Shown here piece after piece: positions 1-12,785 of a stretch of 64,000 nucleotides of DNA. The notes under the pieces were generated by a model. That model ran no database searches. It saw nothing but the letters and a program-made list of their open reading frames with translations, and was not told the origin of the DNA. Positions within the stretch are counted from its first letter, which is position 1. Each line of letters begins with the position of its first letter. The stretch lies in NCBI GenBank assembly GCA_951406725.2, contig OX597830.1, forward strand, positions 4,898,001-4,962,000, read 5' to 3'. Position numbers and translations under genes: made by a program. This DNA is from Octopus vulgaris. Taxonomy: Eukaryota.

Positions 1-972
1 GTCTCTTGGTGCCTTTAAGGATTGCATAGCACACACATTTATTCACATCTATAATTGTGAATGTAGGTTGAACATTTATATCAGGCAGCTAATCTATTGT
101 GAGCATAATTAGTTTAGAAGTCGTTCCTTTCAAATGTCAGATCTCTGATATTTGAACAAATAAAGAATTTAATTCTGGATAATGTAAGATGACTTCCTTA
201 CCCAATTCAAGAATGTAAAATCCTTTTCAGTTTGAATACTTTAGAATCTCAGAAAGTACTTGTATGTGATACAAAAAGCCCCTAATCAAATAAAACACCA
301 GCGATCCACAACTATACAGTTCCACATAGGGTCACACACACCTAAACAGTGGTGGATCTCCAACATTTAACAATGGAATTACCTTGAAACTGCATGCGAA
401 GGGTTGATTCCTCAGCAGAATCAATGACACTGTGTGGCAAAGCTCTACCTTTAAACTCCAAGTAATTCTATCTGAGACATCTTTACAGGTTCTATCTCCA
501 TAATTTCACTTACAAATTATGGGTCAACCCAAGGTTAAAGAAAATATTTCCCTAAGATGTCATACAGTTGGACTGAACCTAGGACCTTGTAAGTGTGAGA
601 CAAGCGTTTTAATTACTCGGCCATATTGTATCACATATACAGTGCAAAGAAACTAAATGAATATTTATTTATTATTATCCTTGAAAATAAGAATTACAAA
701 ACTGCAGGTGTTTCAAGATAATGATAAGACTCCCATGATAAACATAGTCTGGATAAGAATTCCATGTCTACAATAATATTTTCTTTCTCAGTTAATTCCA
801 GTTTATTCAGGGAGAGTTGATTCACAGAATGTGATAACTACATTCCTCCATTCCATTCTTACAATGACAAACAAGTTAAATACTTCTGAATGTCTTTGCT
901 ACTAAAACATTTTCCTTAGATGAGCGAAAGCTTGTGCTGTCTCTGGCAAATTCCACACTCTTGATGCACACT

Positions 973-1029
<57 letters not shown>

Positions 1030-2778
1030 CACTACACAACTTACTGATTAGTGGAAGTGCAGAGCCTAGTGGCTAGAGTGGTTAACCTATGGTCCATTCC
1101 ATAAGGTTTTGTGTTCAATTCCTAGACTTGGCAAAACGTTATTCTATGAGTAAGGATTTTCATTTTACGTTCTTCCAGACTATACAACTGCAAACAATTA
1201 CCAACTGGGCTCTGATGCAGCTTTTTCTTCCTCCAGCTGTTAAATTATGTATGTTCAGTAATTTCAAAAGTAAGGGACCAAATGTGTCTTTATATCTGCT
1301 CATACCTACTTAGAGGCACCAGAAACAATTAACAAAAGCCTGGCAAATATTACCATGTTGCTTTCGATCACAAGTGATACATGGCTGCAGTGTGCTTTGT
1401 ACTTGCTTATTAGTAAAAGCTTTCTGTTTCTTTTTACAGTTTATGAGAATAAAAAAGAAACCTTAAAAGAATATTTGAAATATTTTACCACCAAAATCAA
1501 AAACAAAACATCTGCTTCAATGAGTTAACACCAAAATCCCTATACTTTTATGTACCTATTGCAACTAACCACTGAAATTTGTCACTTTATTAAAAGATTG
1601 AATATTTTTGAAACTCGTTAGCAAGCTACAGAAATTTGTATCAATCTTGAACTACTTGCCAATTAACTGGTTTTATTTAGGCATGTTATGGAGCACTGCT
1701 TTGTCTGCCCATTACTACTCAACTCCTGTAGCATAAAAGACCTTGAAGAGCTTAATATAAATGCAAAGTATTGTGTAAAGAAATGGAAAATTGTCATATA
1801 ACAACTAGGTTTCAAAGAATCTAAAAAAACTGGTCGTCATTAATGGCTAATTTTATGTTGCTGTTGTTGGTATGGTGCCACCTAAAATCATGCTATCACT
1901 ATCAACAAAGATTTAATGTTCCCCATCCCTGTATTATCAAGAATTCAGTAAGTCTTTATGATAGCATGTCTCTGTCTTTCATTGTCTGTCGCATCATACC
2001 CCTGCCATCTCACTAAATATACAGCACTTCCTCAGAATACGGAGTGCTCCAATCACAAATCCATTTCATTACTATCTTCTCTCATATGTCTTACTCTGCT
2101 ATCATTCTGTGCGTATTCTATTTATAATTTAAGTACACAATGTGTCTTCAACCAAAACCTCGTATGTAGAGTCGGTGACAAAAATTGAAAGAAGCCCATC
2201 AAATGAGTGTGTGTGTGTGTGTGAAAGAGAGATCCTCTGTCTTGACATAGCATAAAAGAGCATCATTCATTTCCAATCTTCCATGAAAACCATCTACCCA
2301 TAGGGAAATATTACCTTACTAGGAAACAGGTGAGGATTGGAAACAGGAAAAGGCATCCAGACACAGAAAATCTGCCACAATGAATTCTGTCTAACCCATA
2401 CAAGCATGGAAAAATAACCATAACAACAAAATTGTTTTCGGTTTTACCCCATTTCCATCAGTTAGGATTCCTTAATTAACCTATGGTTTTGTCCCAAAGT
2501 CAGTCATTTACATCCATGTGCAACATGTACTGTGAAATATCCCTGCAAGGTGTTATTTCATCATACATTTAGTTAATTTCCCTCCCACTTTTTGTAGGTG
2601 TGAAAACAGCATAAGTTTCATTTGTAAATAATCAACGTTTCTGATTTCTTTTAAATCTGGAATTTAATAAACAAGATAAAAAAAAATCCATTTCTGTAAA
2701 ACTTCTGACACAAATCATAGAACAAATTTCAAAAGAGTTATGATTCAGTAGTTGCATGTTATGTTAACATACACACAC

Positions 2779-2831
<53 letters not shown>

Positions 2832-3828
2832 TACACACATATAGTATAAACTATATACAACAGATCTGCTGTGGATCTCTGTTCTGCTATGATAATCAAC
2901 AGTTGGGAATTAACCACTTTGAACACCAGACATGTCTGAATAGGTACCACTAGCATTTAAAGGTGCATCATCAGAGATAGAGAAATGAAGGCAATATAAA
3001 TACACACACCATTATATAACTGTTGGTGCTTTTAATGTAGATATAACATCTAAGAGAAGACAACTAAAATGTCTGTGTATATAATTCATAGACATACAGC
3101 TATGTGTGGGAAGTCATTGATGTAAAGTCAATTTAATACTGAAAGATTAAAAAACACAAATTTTTTGATATATTTCACAAACTAAATGGCATGACTGATG
3201 TTTTTATAAAATATGAGAGAGAGAAATGTTCCACCAAGAGGCCATTACAAATTAGTGCATTTTTTTATGCAATTTAGACCCTAAAATATCTTGCAGTATA
3301 CTGGCAATAAGATTAATCGTGGAACATTTCTTTGATGCAAAAATCATTAGAGGTGGTAATAAATGAATATGTTTTAATTGTCATAATCAGTTTAGAGCTA
3401 TTTAACTCAACACAAGAATTTATTTTATAATAGAAGTAATTTCATCCAATTCCCGTCTTTGCTCTCCATAAACCATAAAGGAAATCTTAACATAACCTGT
3501 ATAGGGATTAATCTGGATTATATTAAACATTATTGTATATACAATAGCAAGGGGTCTTTATCATTAACATATGTTTAACAGTTCATTGAAAGACATGGGA
3601 AATATTAAAGCAATTATCAATATACAAATTGGTTTCATCATCATTTAACATGCATTCTCTCTGCTGGCATGGGTTGAACAGAAGCTAGCCAGCCGAAGAG
3701 TGGCTGAGGCCCCAATTATCTACTTTGTATGGCTTCTACAGTTGAAAGCCCTTCCTAACACCAACCACTTTACAGAGTGCTTTTTACATGGTTCTCTCAA
3801 TGTATGCACTTCAAGTGCTATTTACTAG

Positions 3829-4072
3829 AAAATTGGATTTCCCTGTTTGCTTGTTAGGCCTTTCCAAGCCTATAAAGGTTTTTTGCCACTGATTAAGGAG
3901 AAATAACCCATCAGCATTAACATTTTTTTATATTCCTTGAGTTCTGAGCATCTCCTCACGTCTGCGACATAGATATTCTTGAATTTTGTATTCATATAGA
4001 ATCTGACGAGCTGTCCACAAGGCTCTGGCTTTGTGGATACAAAACCTTGGGTAACTCTATATAAAATTTTGT
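3829..4072 (+). mobile_element. Decayed 3' end of a Penelope-like element (GIY-YIG C-terminus remnant plus hammerhead-bearing terminal repeat)
   Basis: Frameshifted remnants 'RPFQAYKGF..LIKEK*PI ... SE ... RHR' resemble the Penelope C-terminal 'PY...C.LC..EK..I...SE....CRH' pattern. A hammerhead motif and a (TA)n tract follow. Confidence 0.5.
3994..4062 (+). ncRNA. Type-I hammerhead ribozyme motif, probably inactivated (G12A)
   Basis: Stem I atatagaat/actctatat; core CTGACGA (4003-4009); stem II tgtccacaagg/ctttgtggata (11 bp, 2 G-U) closed by G-C; AAAA in place of GAAA (cGAAA to cAAAA, CpG decay); stem III ACC-ttg-GGT; GUA cleavage triplet. Confidence 0.7.
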
Positions 4073-4097
4073 CATATATATATATATATATATATAC

Positions 4098-4958
4098 ATG
4101 TCCAAAGCCCAGGGCAATACTTAGAAGTAGTAGATAGTTTCTGTTAGCTCAGTGACCAAGTCAGCAGTGGAGGAGGATGCTCTGAAAGCATAGCTGATAG
4201 AATAAGAACAGGCTGGGTGAAGTTCACACTGTTGCTACTTTTGTTGATAACAAAGAGTGTCTCTCCCTTGGAGGTAAAGGCAGATTGTATGATACCTGCA
4301 TGTGAACGGCCATGGTGCATGGCAGTGAAACATAGGCTATAACTGTAGAGCGCCATGCAAAGGTTTGAAAGCAATGTAACTAGTGTGTTCCACTGGCTGT
4401 GCAGTGTCAGTGTGCAAGTACGACAGAGTGTAAGTGTCTTAAGAGAAAAAGGTGAGTATAAGGGGCGTCAGCTGTTGTGTGCAAGAGAGAAGACTGTGCT
4501 GGTATGGCCATGGGATGTGTTTGGATGAGGACAACAACAGAAAGAAGTGTTGATTTCTATTTGTAGAGGGAACCTGTGGTTGAGGTTGACTCAGGAAGAT
4601 GTAAAATGGGGAAATATGATGTTCCAATGTTGAGTCCCATGGAGGCAATGGCAAGTGGCTTAGACAATTGGTGATTTGCTGTGCTTGAGAAGACGCATGA
4701 AGCTAAGTGAAATTGTAGTCGTGGCCAGTGTAGTGTCAGTGAGCGATAAGATACCTACGGTGGTAACATGTAAAAGGCACCCAGTACTCTCTGTAGAGTG
4801 GTTGATGTTAGGGAAGGGCTTCCAGCCATAGAAGCTAAGCTAAAACAGACTGGAACCTGGTGCAGCTCTCCAGCTTACCAGTTCCAGTCAAACTGTCCAA
4901 CCCAAGCCAACCTGGATGTTAAATGAAGGTGATAATTGTGGTGATGATGATGATGATG
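4098..4958 (+). mobile_element. 5'-truncated RTE-clade LINE: degenerate RT C-terminus, 3' UTR and (GAT)n tail
   Basis: Broken frames read LEVVDSFC.LSDQVSSGGGCSESIADRIRTGWVKF...KGRLYDTC..TAMVHGSET*...QERRLCWYGH. They run into the abundant GGAAGGGC..CCAGC / CCAACCCA.GC / gatgatgat 3' module. Confidence 0.85.
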
Positions 4959-5540
4959 TTCAGCAGGAATAGCATCCTATTCTATAATGAGCAAGATCCC
5001 TCCGAGCCCAATATGGCCTACTTACTTCTGACTAACCAGCTAACTATATTTACCAATGTAGGCACAACTTGTTGTAATGTGTGACTACATAAAAGAGAAG
5101 AACCCTGGGATTTCAAGACATTTGGCAATATTTACAAGACATCAACTGTAAAAACTATAAGATAATAGCAGTGAAGTTGGATACAAATCAGATCTTATCA
5201 CAAGGCTAGACTGAATAATAAGGTGGTGGAGATTACCTATGCTTTATGCAGTGATTGTTAAATGAATGAAGATCATGTGAAGAGAACGTCTGAATTCTTT
5301 TGTTATTCCTGGTGTTCCAGAGATTTCTGACAACTGAATTAAATCTTATATACTGAGTGGAATACGACCCCTTCCCTGTGGTCTTAGCCATGTTGATCTT
5401 TAGGGTTTATGGTAATAGATGGTTCTTTAGAGTTTTGAATATTTCATAAAATTCCTCAATAGATTCAACCATAAGAATCAGATTTCTAACAATGTGTTCT
5501 TCATAATATCTAGTCTTGACTTTTGGATGAAGGATTACTT

Positions 5541-5672
5541 CATCATCATCATCATCATCATCATCTTTTAACGTCCGCTTTCCATACTAGCATGGGTTGG
5601 ACGATTTTGACTGAGGGCTAGCGAACCAGATGGCTGCACCAGGATCCAATTTTGATCTGGCAGAGTTTCTAC
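5541..5672 (-). mobile_element. RTE-type 3' tail / SINE fragment with (GAT)n end
   Basis: (CAT)n followed by tttaacgtccgctttccatactagcatgggttggacg, the reverse complement of the module at 32300-32420. Confidence 0.8.
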
Positions 5673-5714
5673 AATAAATAGTAAAAGGTTAAAGACAGAA
5701 CCCTTGTGAATACA

Positions 5715-5820
5715 TTATTACTAACACATTACTAGTACAATACAAATACACTTAGTCCTCCACTAGTATATTATTAATACATCACTAGTATTACACTAGT
5801 AGTACACCACTAGTATGCTA
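5715..5820. repeat. Degenerate minisatellite rich in ACTAGT
   Basis: Repeated (c)actagta units at roughly 10-12 bp spacing. Confidence 0.5.
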
Positions 5821-8800
5821 AAATTGTTGCTGAATTTCTTGTTGGTCTTGATAATTCAAATGTTCTCATACAAGTTCTGGACTTGAAGTATTCAATTATG
5901 CCTAACCTTCTCAGTGACCACTTGACCATTGATCACTGTTTAAAGGCCTTTAAATCAGTCAATGACTGCAAAGTAGATTAGTTTGTTCCAGGCTATGAAC
6001 TGTAAAATGAAGCACTTCATGTTCTTCTCTGGTTCTCTGCTTTCTTTGGGTGTCTTCAAGATGAGTTTATAATTTTACATATTTGAGGAACTGTTTACCT
6101 TTCTTATTGATGTGTCTCCCACAAAATTATTTCAATATTTGAAACAGAAAACCCACATGGATAATATGACATTAGCAAGAGATAATCTTTATAATAATGT
6201 AAATGAATTAAGATTTATCTTACATTAGAAATGAAATGATAAAAATAGAATTAATCGTTTCAGTCAAACTCCAGATCTGTAGCAAAATGTAAATGGAGAG
6301 TATGTGACATTTATTGTTTTTCCTCAGAAAATATCAACACAAGCAATGCATGAAAGTAAAAATTCGGAAGAATGAACAGCATGTTTTCATCCACTTTTCC
6401 ATGCTGGCATTGGTTGCTTATTCTTTATTTTTTTAAGGCTGTATTTAATAACTGAATGCTCATCTTGTCACGTGGTGTAGCTACTCATGAACAAGGAAAT
6501 ACATAGTAAAATCTTGAAAATTGCTATGGAAATAATTCCATGGGGGAAAAATTGAGAAATTGTTTTGGAGAGAGAGAATGTAGGTGATTATATAAATAGC
6601 TCCTTTGCTTACATTAACAACATGGAATGAAGTTCATCGACTCCAGCAGAGACTGAAACTAAGGCACCAACTGTCTTGAATCAACAGGAGTTTACTGCTG
6701 TGTTGCAATATTTTGGTTACAGAAGTAGCTGCAAACTAAATGTTTTGTTTCATTTATATTGTTAAGCATGAAGTATTAAAAAAAATAATAATAATAAACG
6801 TAAGATAATTGTCTGCACATTTCAGTATTTGGTGCACCTGCAATAACATAATAATTACAGCAGTCAGTTATCAGTTATTTTAGGTGGAAACAGAAGAGAT
6901 AACTAAAGAAATATTCTAGATTTTGCTTCAAAAGAACAATTTAATATTCTATTAGAAATACAGATAGTAATTCTAGATTGAATTGGGAAAAATAAAAATA
7001 AAATTCATAGCTTCGCTGTTTGCATTTATTCGCATCTATGCATTTATGCATTATATTTACAGATACAGACACTAAGGAAATTAAGTTTGTAAATAATGAT
7101 GTTTTCTCAAATTTGATTTTAAGTTCTATATTTCCTCTCTCTTTCCCTGTGTCTGTGATCTTTGGGTTTTCAGCTGAATGCTTAGATTGTTTACTAAGAC
7201 TTCCCCTCCTCAATCTTGCTTATTTGATGAGGAGGAATCTCACTTTACTGAATACATATTTAGATAGTTTTATTATCATTTCGTATATTTTATCTGCAAT
7301 ATCTTGTAGTTAAGTTACTCTAATATATTGGGAATTCATTTCATCTGGATTCCGCAGTGGTACGAATTCTTTAGATCTGAGATCTCTATAAAAATATACA
7401 CAGGTAATTATCTTTAAAATTTTGCCAAGTTAACTTAATGTAGATTCATATAAACACAAATATGTATACATATATACATACTAGCCCTATCTTCTTTAGT
7501 ACTGGTGCCATGATAAAATGCATCCATTACACTCCGTTAGGTGCAGCACTGGGATGATTCTTTAGGTTTCTTAAAACATGACATCTTTAGTGCTGCGGAG
7601 TGATGAGTTCTGGGAATGGCAAAGGAAACTTGCAAGTGAAATGTGGTTCCTCAACTTGTCTAATGAAACAGAAGGGACCTATTCAACCCATTCCAGCACG
7701 GAAAGCAAGCAGAGGGCAATGAGGGTAATGAGGATGATGATGATGAGAAGGAGGAGGAGGATATTCTCTGTGTGTGTGTGTGTGTGTACCTGCAGACAGA
7801 TAAAGTATACTTAATACCATATATACACAAAACTACTTTTCGCAGTGTACACATAACATTTCAATGTTTTGTACATAAAATAATAAATGTGGCCATCATG
7901 TCATCATTACAAATCACTCAACATATCAAAGATTTCGCATCAACATTGGCTCCATACTAGATTATAGAGACGTTTTGCGTCATTTCCCACAATTCTCTAC
8001 TTTCACTTTCTCTTCATTACACAACCACTCACCACCCAGCTCAATGGAAAATTTTATGTGGAATTGATTTGGCTACAAACTGACACCATTCAATTTAATA
8101 CTAAAGACATTCTACTAAGATCAACAGAATAATGCTTGGAACCCAAAAGGGTCAACTTGATGTTTGACTTTCTATTTTCTTTCCAATACTTCAATCAATA
8201 ACTACTTCAATTGCTTTTGGCTGAGTTTGAACTAAACATTAAACACTGTATATTAAATATAAAATTTCTGAACTCATTTAGGAGATAAACAAATGAATTA
8301 AATTTGTGTCTTAAGAACAGAAAAAAAAAAGTCTTCTTCAAAGATCCCAACCCTAACCATCAGAACTCAGCCTTTCCTTAAGAATATATTTTATTTAACA
8401 AATTGTAATGAATCATAATTTGTCAATATTGATCACAAGTAGCTCCCTCAGATTCTATTGTTTGTGCATCTAAAATATATACACATTGTTTTTTGTTGTG
8501 TGTTTTTAGAGTAATTCCAAACAAGTTGTGAAGTGAAATAATGCTATTTTATGGGAGAAAAATAATTTCATTTATTTTAAAACCTAACAGAATATTAGCA
8601 ACCAAATTTAACTTAATCTTCAAATACATTTAAAAATTAACTACTTTATCATCATACAATTAATGCAATTTTATTAGTTGCTGTTATTCTTAATAATAAA
8701 AATAATAAAAGCCTACTACCCATTTGTAAAACATATTAAATTTTATATTTAATTTTATGAAAGCCATTACAATGGTTTATATTAATATTGCATATTTTGT

Positions 8801-9929
8801 CACAAGTATCACCTGAGCATTTCAACAACTTGTAGTAATTTGGGAGAGAGTAATTAATTCAGAATTTATACAACATTTATTTACATTATCTTTGTAATAA
8901 TGCTGTAAATTGCTATAAACAATGGTTGGGTATTTTACAAGTTTTAAATTTATGAGCATTATTGAATTGATGAAGCTTCAAGTGAATGCTTTCAGCAGCC
9001 ATATTCATGCATCTTCCTCGTTCACTAGATTAACAAAGACAAGAAGATGTTTTAAAATGCAAGGAAAATGCCATAACATTTTGAATACTAAAATATGTAA
9101 CAGTTACAACAAGAAAGTTTTTACTTTCGAGTTGATCTAATATTGTTTTGTTTGCGAATGTTGTTCGAATTATTCCTAATGGATTTTCTAAAAGCAAAAA
9201 CTTCACCCATTATCTACTCTCAATAAAATATTTAAATATTTCAACCATGAATAATCATTATCTACAGTGAATGATTTGATTGTAATTATGTATGTAATTG
9301 CATAATGGACAAATTTACTGGAAATTGGTTCAAAATTGTTAAACCCTGAGGTTAACAAAATTGAATAAATCTGAGGATAATATTTTTCTGTTACAGTTGA
9401 GTGAATATTATAAAGAAAGTCATAAATTAATAAGAAACATACTCTGGTAAAATATTTGTCACCAGAAAGATTAAAATAATATTAGTTATTAATCATCTTT
9501 ACTTCACTCCATAATTGTAATTAGTATTAAAATTCTCACTACATTGAATAAACTTTTGTTTGTCATGCAGATGGGATCCCTGAGTATTTTCTTCAAAATA
9601 TGCTAATTTATTTCACCTAGTCAAGTACGATGATATATTAAGGAGGCTGTACAAGGATCTTATATTTCTAACTACAATTTATGGCTCTGAAATATGGATC
9701 CTGGAAGCTGGAGATATTTGCAGACTACAGTGTGAAGCTACCAGTGTATACTAGGGATATGAAGTGTAGAACTATTTCAATAAGAAAATATTTTCTCATG
9801 ATATAACATGGAAACAAAATATATATATCGGAAGATGTAGGACAAGACTGATTAGAAATGGGAAGCCGTAAAATGTAGGAGATAAAGAAGTAGATCTACT
9901 AAGGGCACACAGTCAATATGCACCGAGAT

Positions 9930-10490
9930 ATGGATGCTGAAATCTCAAAGAGAATAAGGGCAGGATGGAAGGCATTTCACTCAATAAAGAATGTGCTTCC
10001 AAATGGAAACTAGACAATGCCATACATACCAGACTCTTCAATAGCATCGTTGTCCTACCTATGCTCTTATACGCAAATGAGACGTGGGCTACCATGAAGA
10101 GGATAGAATATCGATCGGCTATGATGCAAAGGGCCATGAAAAGATCCATGCTAGGAATAGCATTGCCAGAGCACATTGGAAATAGGATAATTCGGGAAGA
10201 GAACAATGTGAACAGTGTCATCACAGAATATCAGAAGTGCAAGTTCCACTAAGCTGGACATGTCACAAGGTTCACAGACAACAGGTGAACCTGTTCAGTT
10301 GCCAGGTGGTATCCAAAACATCATAAAAGACCACTTGGAAGGCCTCCATGACAACAGGAAGAACAATGTGATCGAGTGATTTTGGTCAAGATGGAAAAGA
10401 ATGGTGCAATCAAGACAAAATTGGAAGTGCATTGTGACCAGTGATGTGAAGTGGCATCTGATGGTCCGGTCGATATTGTGATACTGCAAT
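9930..10490 (+). mobile_element. RTE-clade LINE RT C-terminal fragment (pseudogenised)
   Basis: ORF 9965-10252 RLFNSIVVLPMLLYANETW...QRAMKRSMLGI...IIREE...KFH* continues past the stop as AGHVTRFTDNR*...WYPKHHKRPLGRPP. These are hallmark RTE motifs. Confidence 0.9.
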
Positions 10491-11915
10491 GATATAACAC
10501 TACCATATTAATAAAGAGGAGAGGAGCAAAATAGCTTGGCCATGTAATAAGGAGGCCATCTTATAAGTATTAATGGTTCTGGTATTTTGCTAAGACTTTC
10601 TGAACTGAAGACCACATAATACAACACCTAAAAGATGGACATTTCAAATTTATGAACACACAGGATTACCACTTCCAACAATAAAAGCAGAGCATCAAAC
10701 TAAAAAAGGTAGCGCCATATATTATAAAAATCAATTCCATTTAGCTTATCTATATATGTTAAAGTATGTGTGTGAAAGAGAGAGAGAGATTGTATCAGTC
10801 GAAGATAAGATACAGTCTGATCTAAAGAGTCAATATAACTCATTTAATTCCCGCAGATAAATATATATAGTTTCTACCATATTACAGTTAAAGAAACAGT
10901 TCAGTTCTGGTGAATCCAGCCATCTCATAGCTCAGAGGTGAGAGGTCTAATTATAATAGTGATTGAACATTCAGTATATATAAGAATACAAATCATGAGG
11001 TGCCCATAGAGCAACTATTCATAATAACACTTGTTATTAATGTGATCAATGTTTTTACTATTGTAAAAATTAATGTATTTTATATTTTACTGTCAATCTT
11101 TTTAGTTAAAAAAATGTTTGTTATCTTGTTTTGGTTTAAGATTCTCAATAAGTTACTTCAAATAATTACTATTTTACCTAATGATTTATAGTTTATTAAT
11201 ATTAGATGAAGGTACATAACTCATGTTGCACATTTACATCTATCATGTCAGTTAATCAGTTTTGGTTTCTTTTGAAATACTAGTTAGAGCTGCAGTACGC
11301 ACTTTATTTTTACTTTTATTTTTACTTTTATTCTTTGTAAGTAAGATAACAAAATACCAAGTTAAAAAATATTTATGACTATATTGCATCTCATAATTCA
11401 AACCATTTTGGCAGATTTATCTTCTTGCAACATTTCAATAGTATTTTATACCACAGCAAGCAATATCTGTTGAAAGATCTCTTTCAACTACTATCAATAT
11501 ACTTCTACTAATAACACACTTATTATACTTATTATTTATGTCTCACAAGATTTTTAAATAAAAATCTACTTAAAACGTTATATCAATCTTGTGCTTGTCA
11601 AATGAATTAACATATAGCCAAAAACTGAGCAATCGTGAAGTGTGTGTGTACACTCATATGTGTGTGTACTCATATGTGTGTGTGTGTGTGTATGTGTAAG
11701 CATGGTTGCATAGTTAGAAAGTTTGCTTTGTGAACACATGGCCTTGTGTTCAATCCCACGTGCAGATTTTGTTCATTTTCTACTGTAGCTTCAGGTTCAT
11801 CAATTCCTTGTGAAAGGAATTTGCTAGAGGAAAACAGTGATGAAGCCCATTGTGTGAGTGTTTGTGAGCATCAAACTAATACACCTGCTTGTTGTTCATA
11901 CACCTAAATTTCAAC

Positions 11916-11950
<35 letters not shown>

Positions 11951-11951
<1 letters not shown>

Positions 11952-12060
11952 AGTATTGGGCTTACAAAGAATAAGTCCCGGGGTCGATTTGCTCGACTAA
12001 AGGCAGTGCTCCAGCATGGCCGCAGTCAAATGACTGAAACCAGTAAAAGAGTAAAAGAGT
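11951..12060 (+). mobile_element. 3' part of CORE-type tRNA-derived SINE
   Basis: ggtcgatttgctcgactaaaggcagtgctccagcatggccgcagtcaaatgactgaaac...gtaaaagagtaaaagagt, the same 3' end as the copy at 50922-51301. Confidence 0.85.
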
Positions 12061-12075
12061 ATATATATGCGTATA

Positions 12076-12272
12076 AGAAGGGATGATCACTAAGTGGGCA
12101 TCCTATATGCTAGAAATAGATCACCTTTATTCGTTATTTTATTTTCATTTGTCTTACCCGCTTATGTTCTGGTGTTTGCTGAATTTTTCTAGAGAACATT
12201 CTTTTCTTTGTGGTTAGATGGAGGTGATCTATTTCTAGCATATTGGATGTCCACTTAGTGGTCATCCCTTCT
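12076..12272. mobile_element. MITE with about 51-bp terminal inverted repeats and TA target-site duplication (Tc1/mariner-type)
   Basis: agaagggatgatcactaagtgggcatcctatatgctagaaatagatcacct pairs with its reverse complement at 12222-12272 (3 mismatches). TA flanks both ends. Confidence 0.8.
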
Positions 12273-12397
12273 TACATGCATGTAATACAATTTTTCTGAA
12301 TTTTCAGCATTTTCTATATGCTAGGCCACTGGTTTTAAATTGATATTAATTAAATTAATATTCAATTTATCACCCTCATTATTTAAATTTATATATA

Positions 12398-12785
12398 CTA
12401 GCAGTATTGCCCAGCATTGCTTGGGTTTGTTTCGACCCTTTAGAATTGGAATTTTTGAAAAGTAAAAATTTTGCATTATGTAGCTTGTTATTCTCTTTAA
12501 GTGAACATTTTTCTGGTTGAAATACACCGGAAAATGACGACACAGCAGTCAAAAAAATCATAAAAAATAGGAATTTTCATAGAAAAAAAGTACCTTTTTG
12601 ATGTAAATAATTTCTGGTGTTAACATGGTTCGATTTGAATTTTGTCTCCTACGGAATGAAGAGCAAGCCTTCTTCTATCATACCCTCAATTTTGGCCAAC
12701 TTGGGTCTCGGAGGAGATAGTGTTATTTGAAGGCTACCAAACCTGCCATACACAGACAACTTCAGCCTTATATATATATATATAT
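12398..12785 (-). mobile_element. Non-autonomous Helitron
   Basis: The minus strand starts (TA)nTAAGGCTGAAGTTGTCTGTG and ends with the subterminal hairpin CCCAAGCAATGCTGGG, a short spacer and CTAG|T, the canonical Helitron 3' end. Confidence 0.75.
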
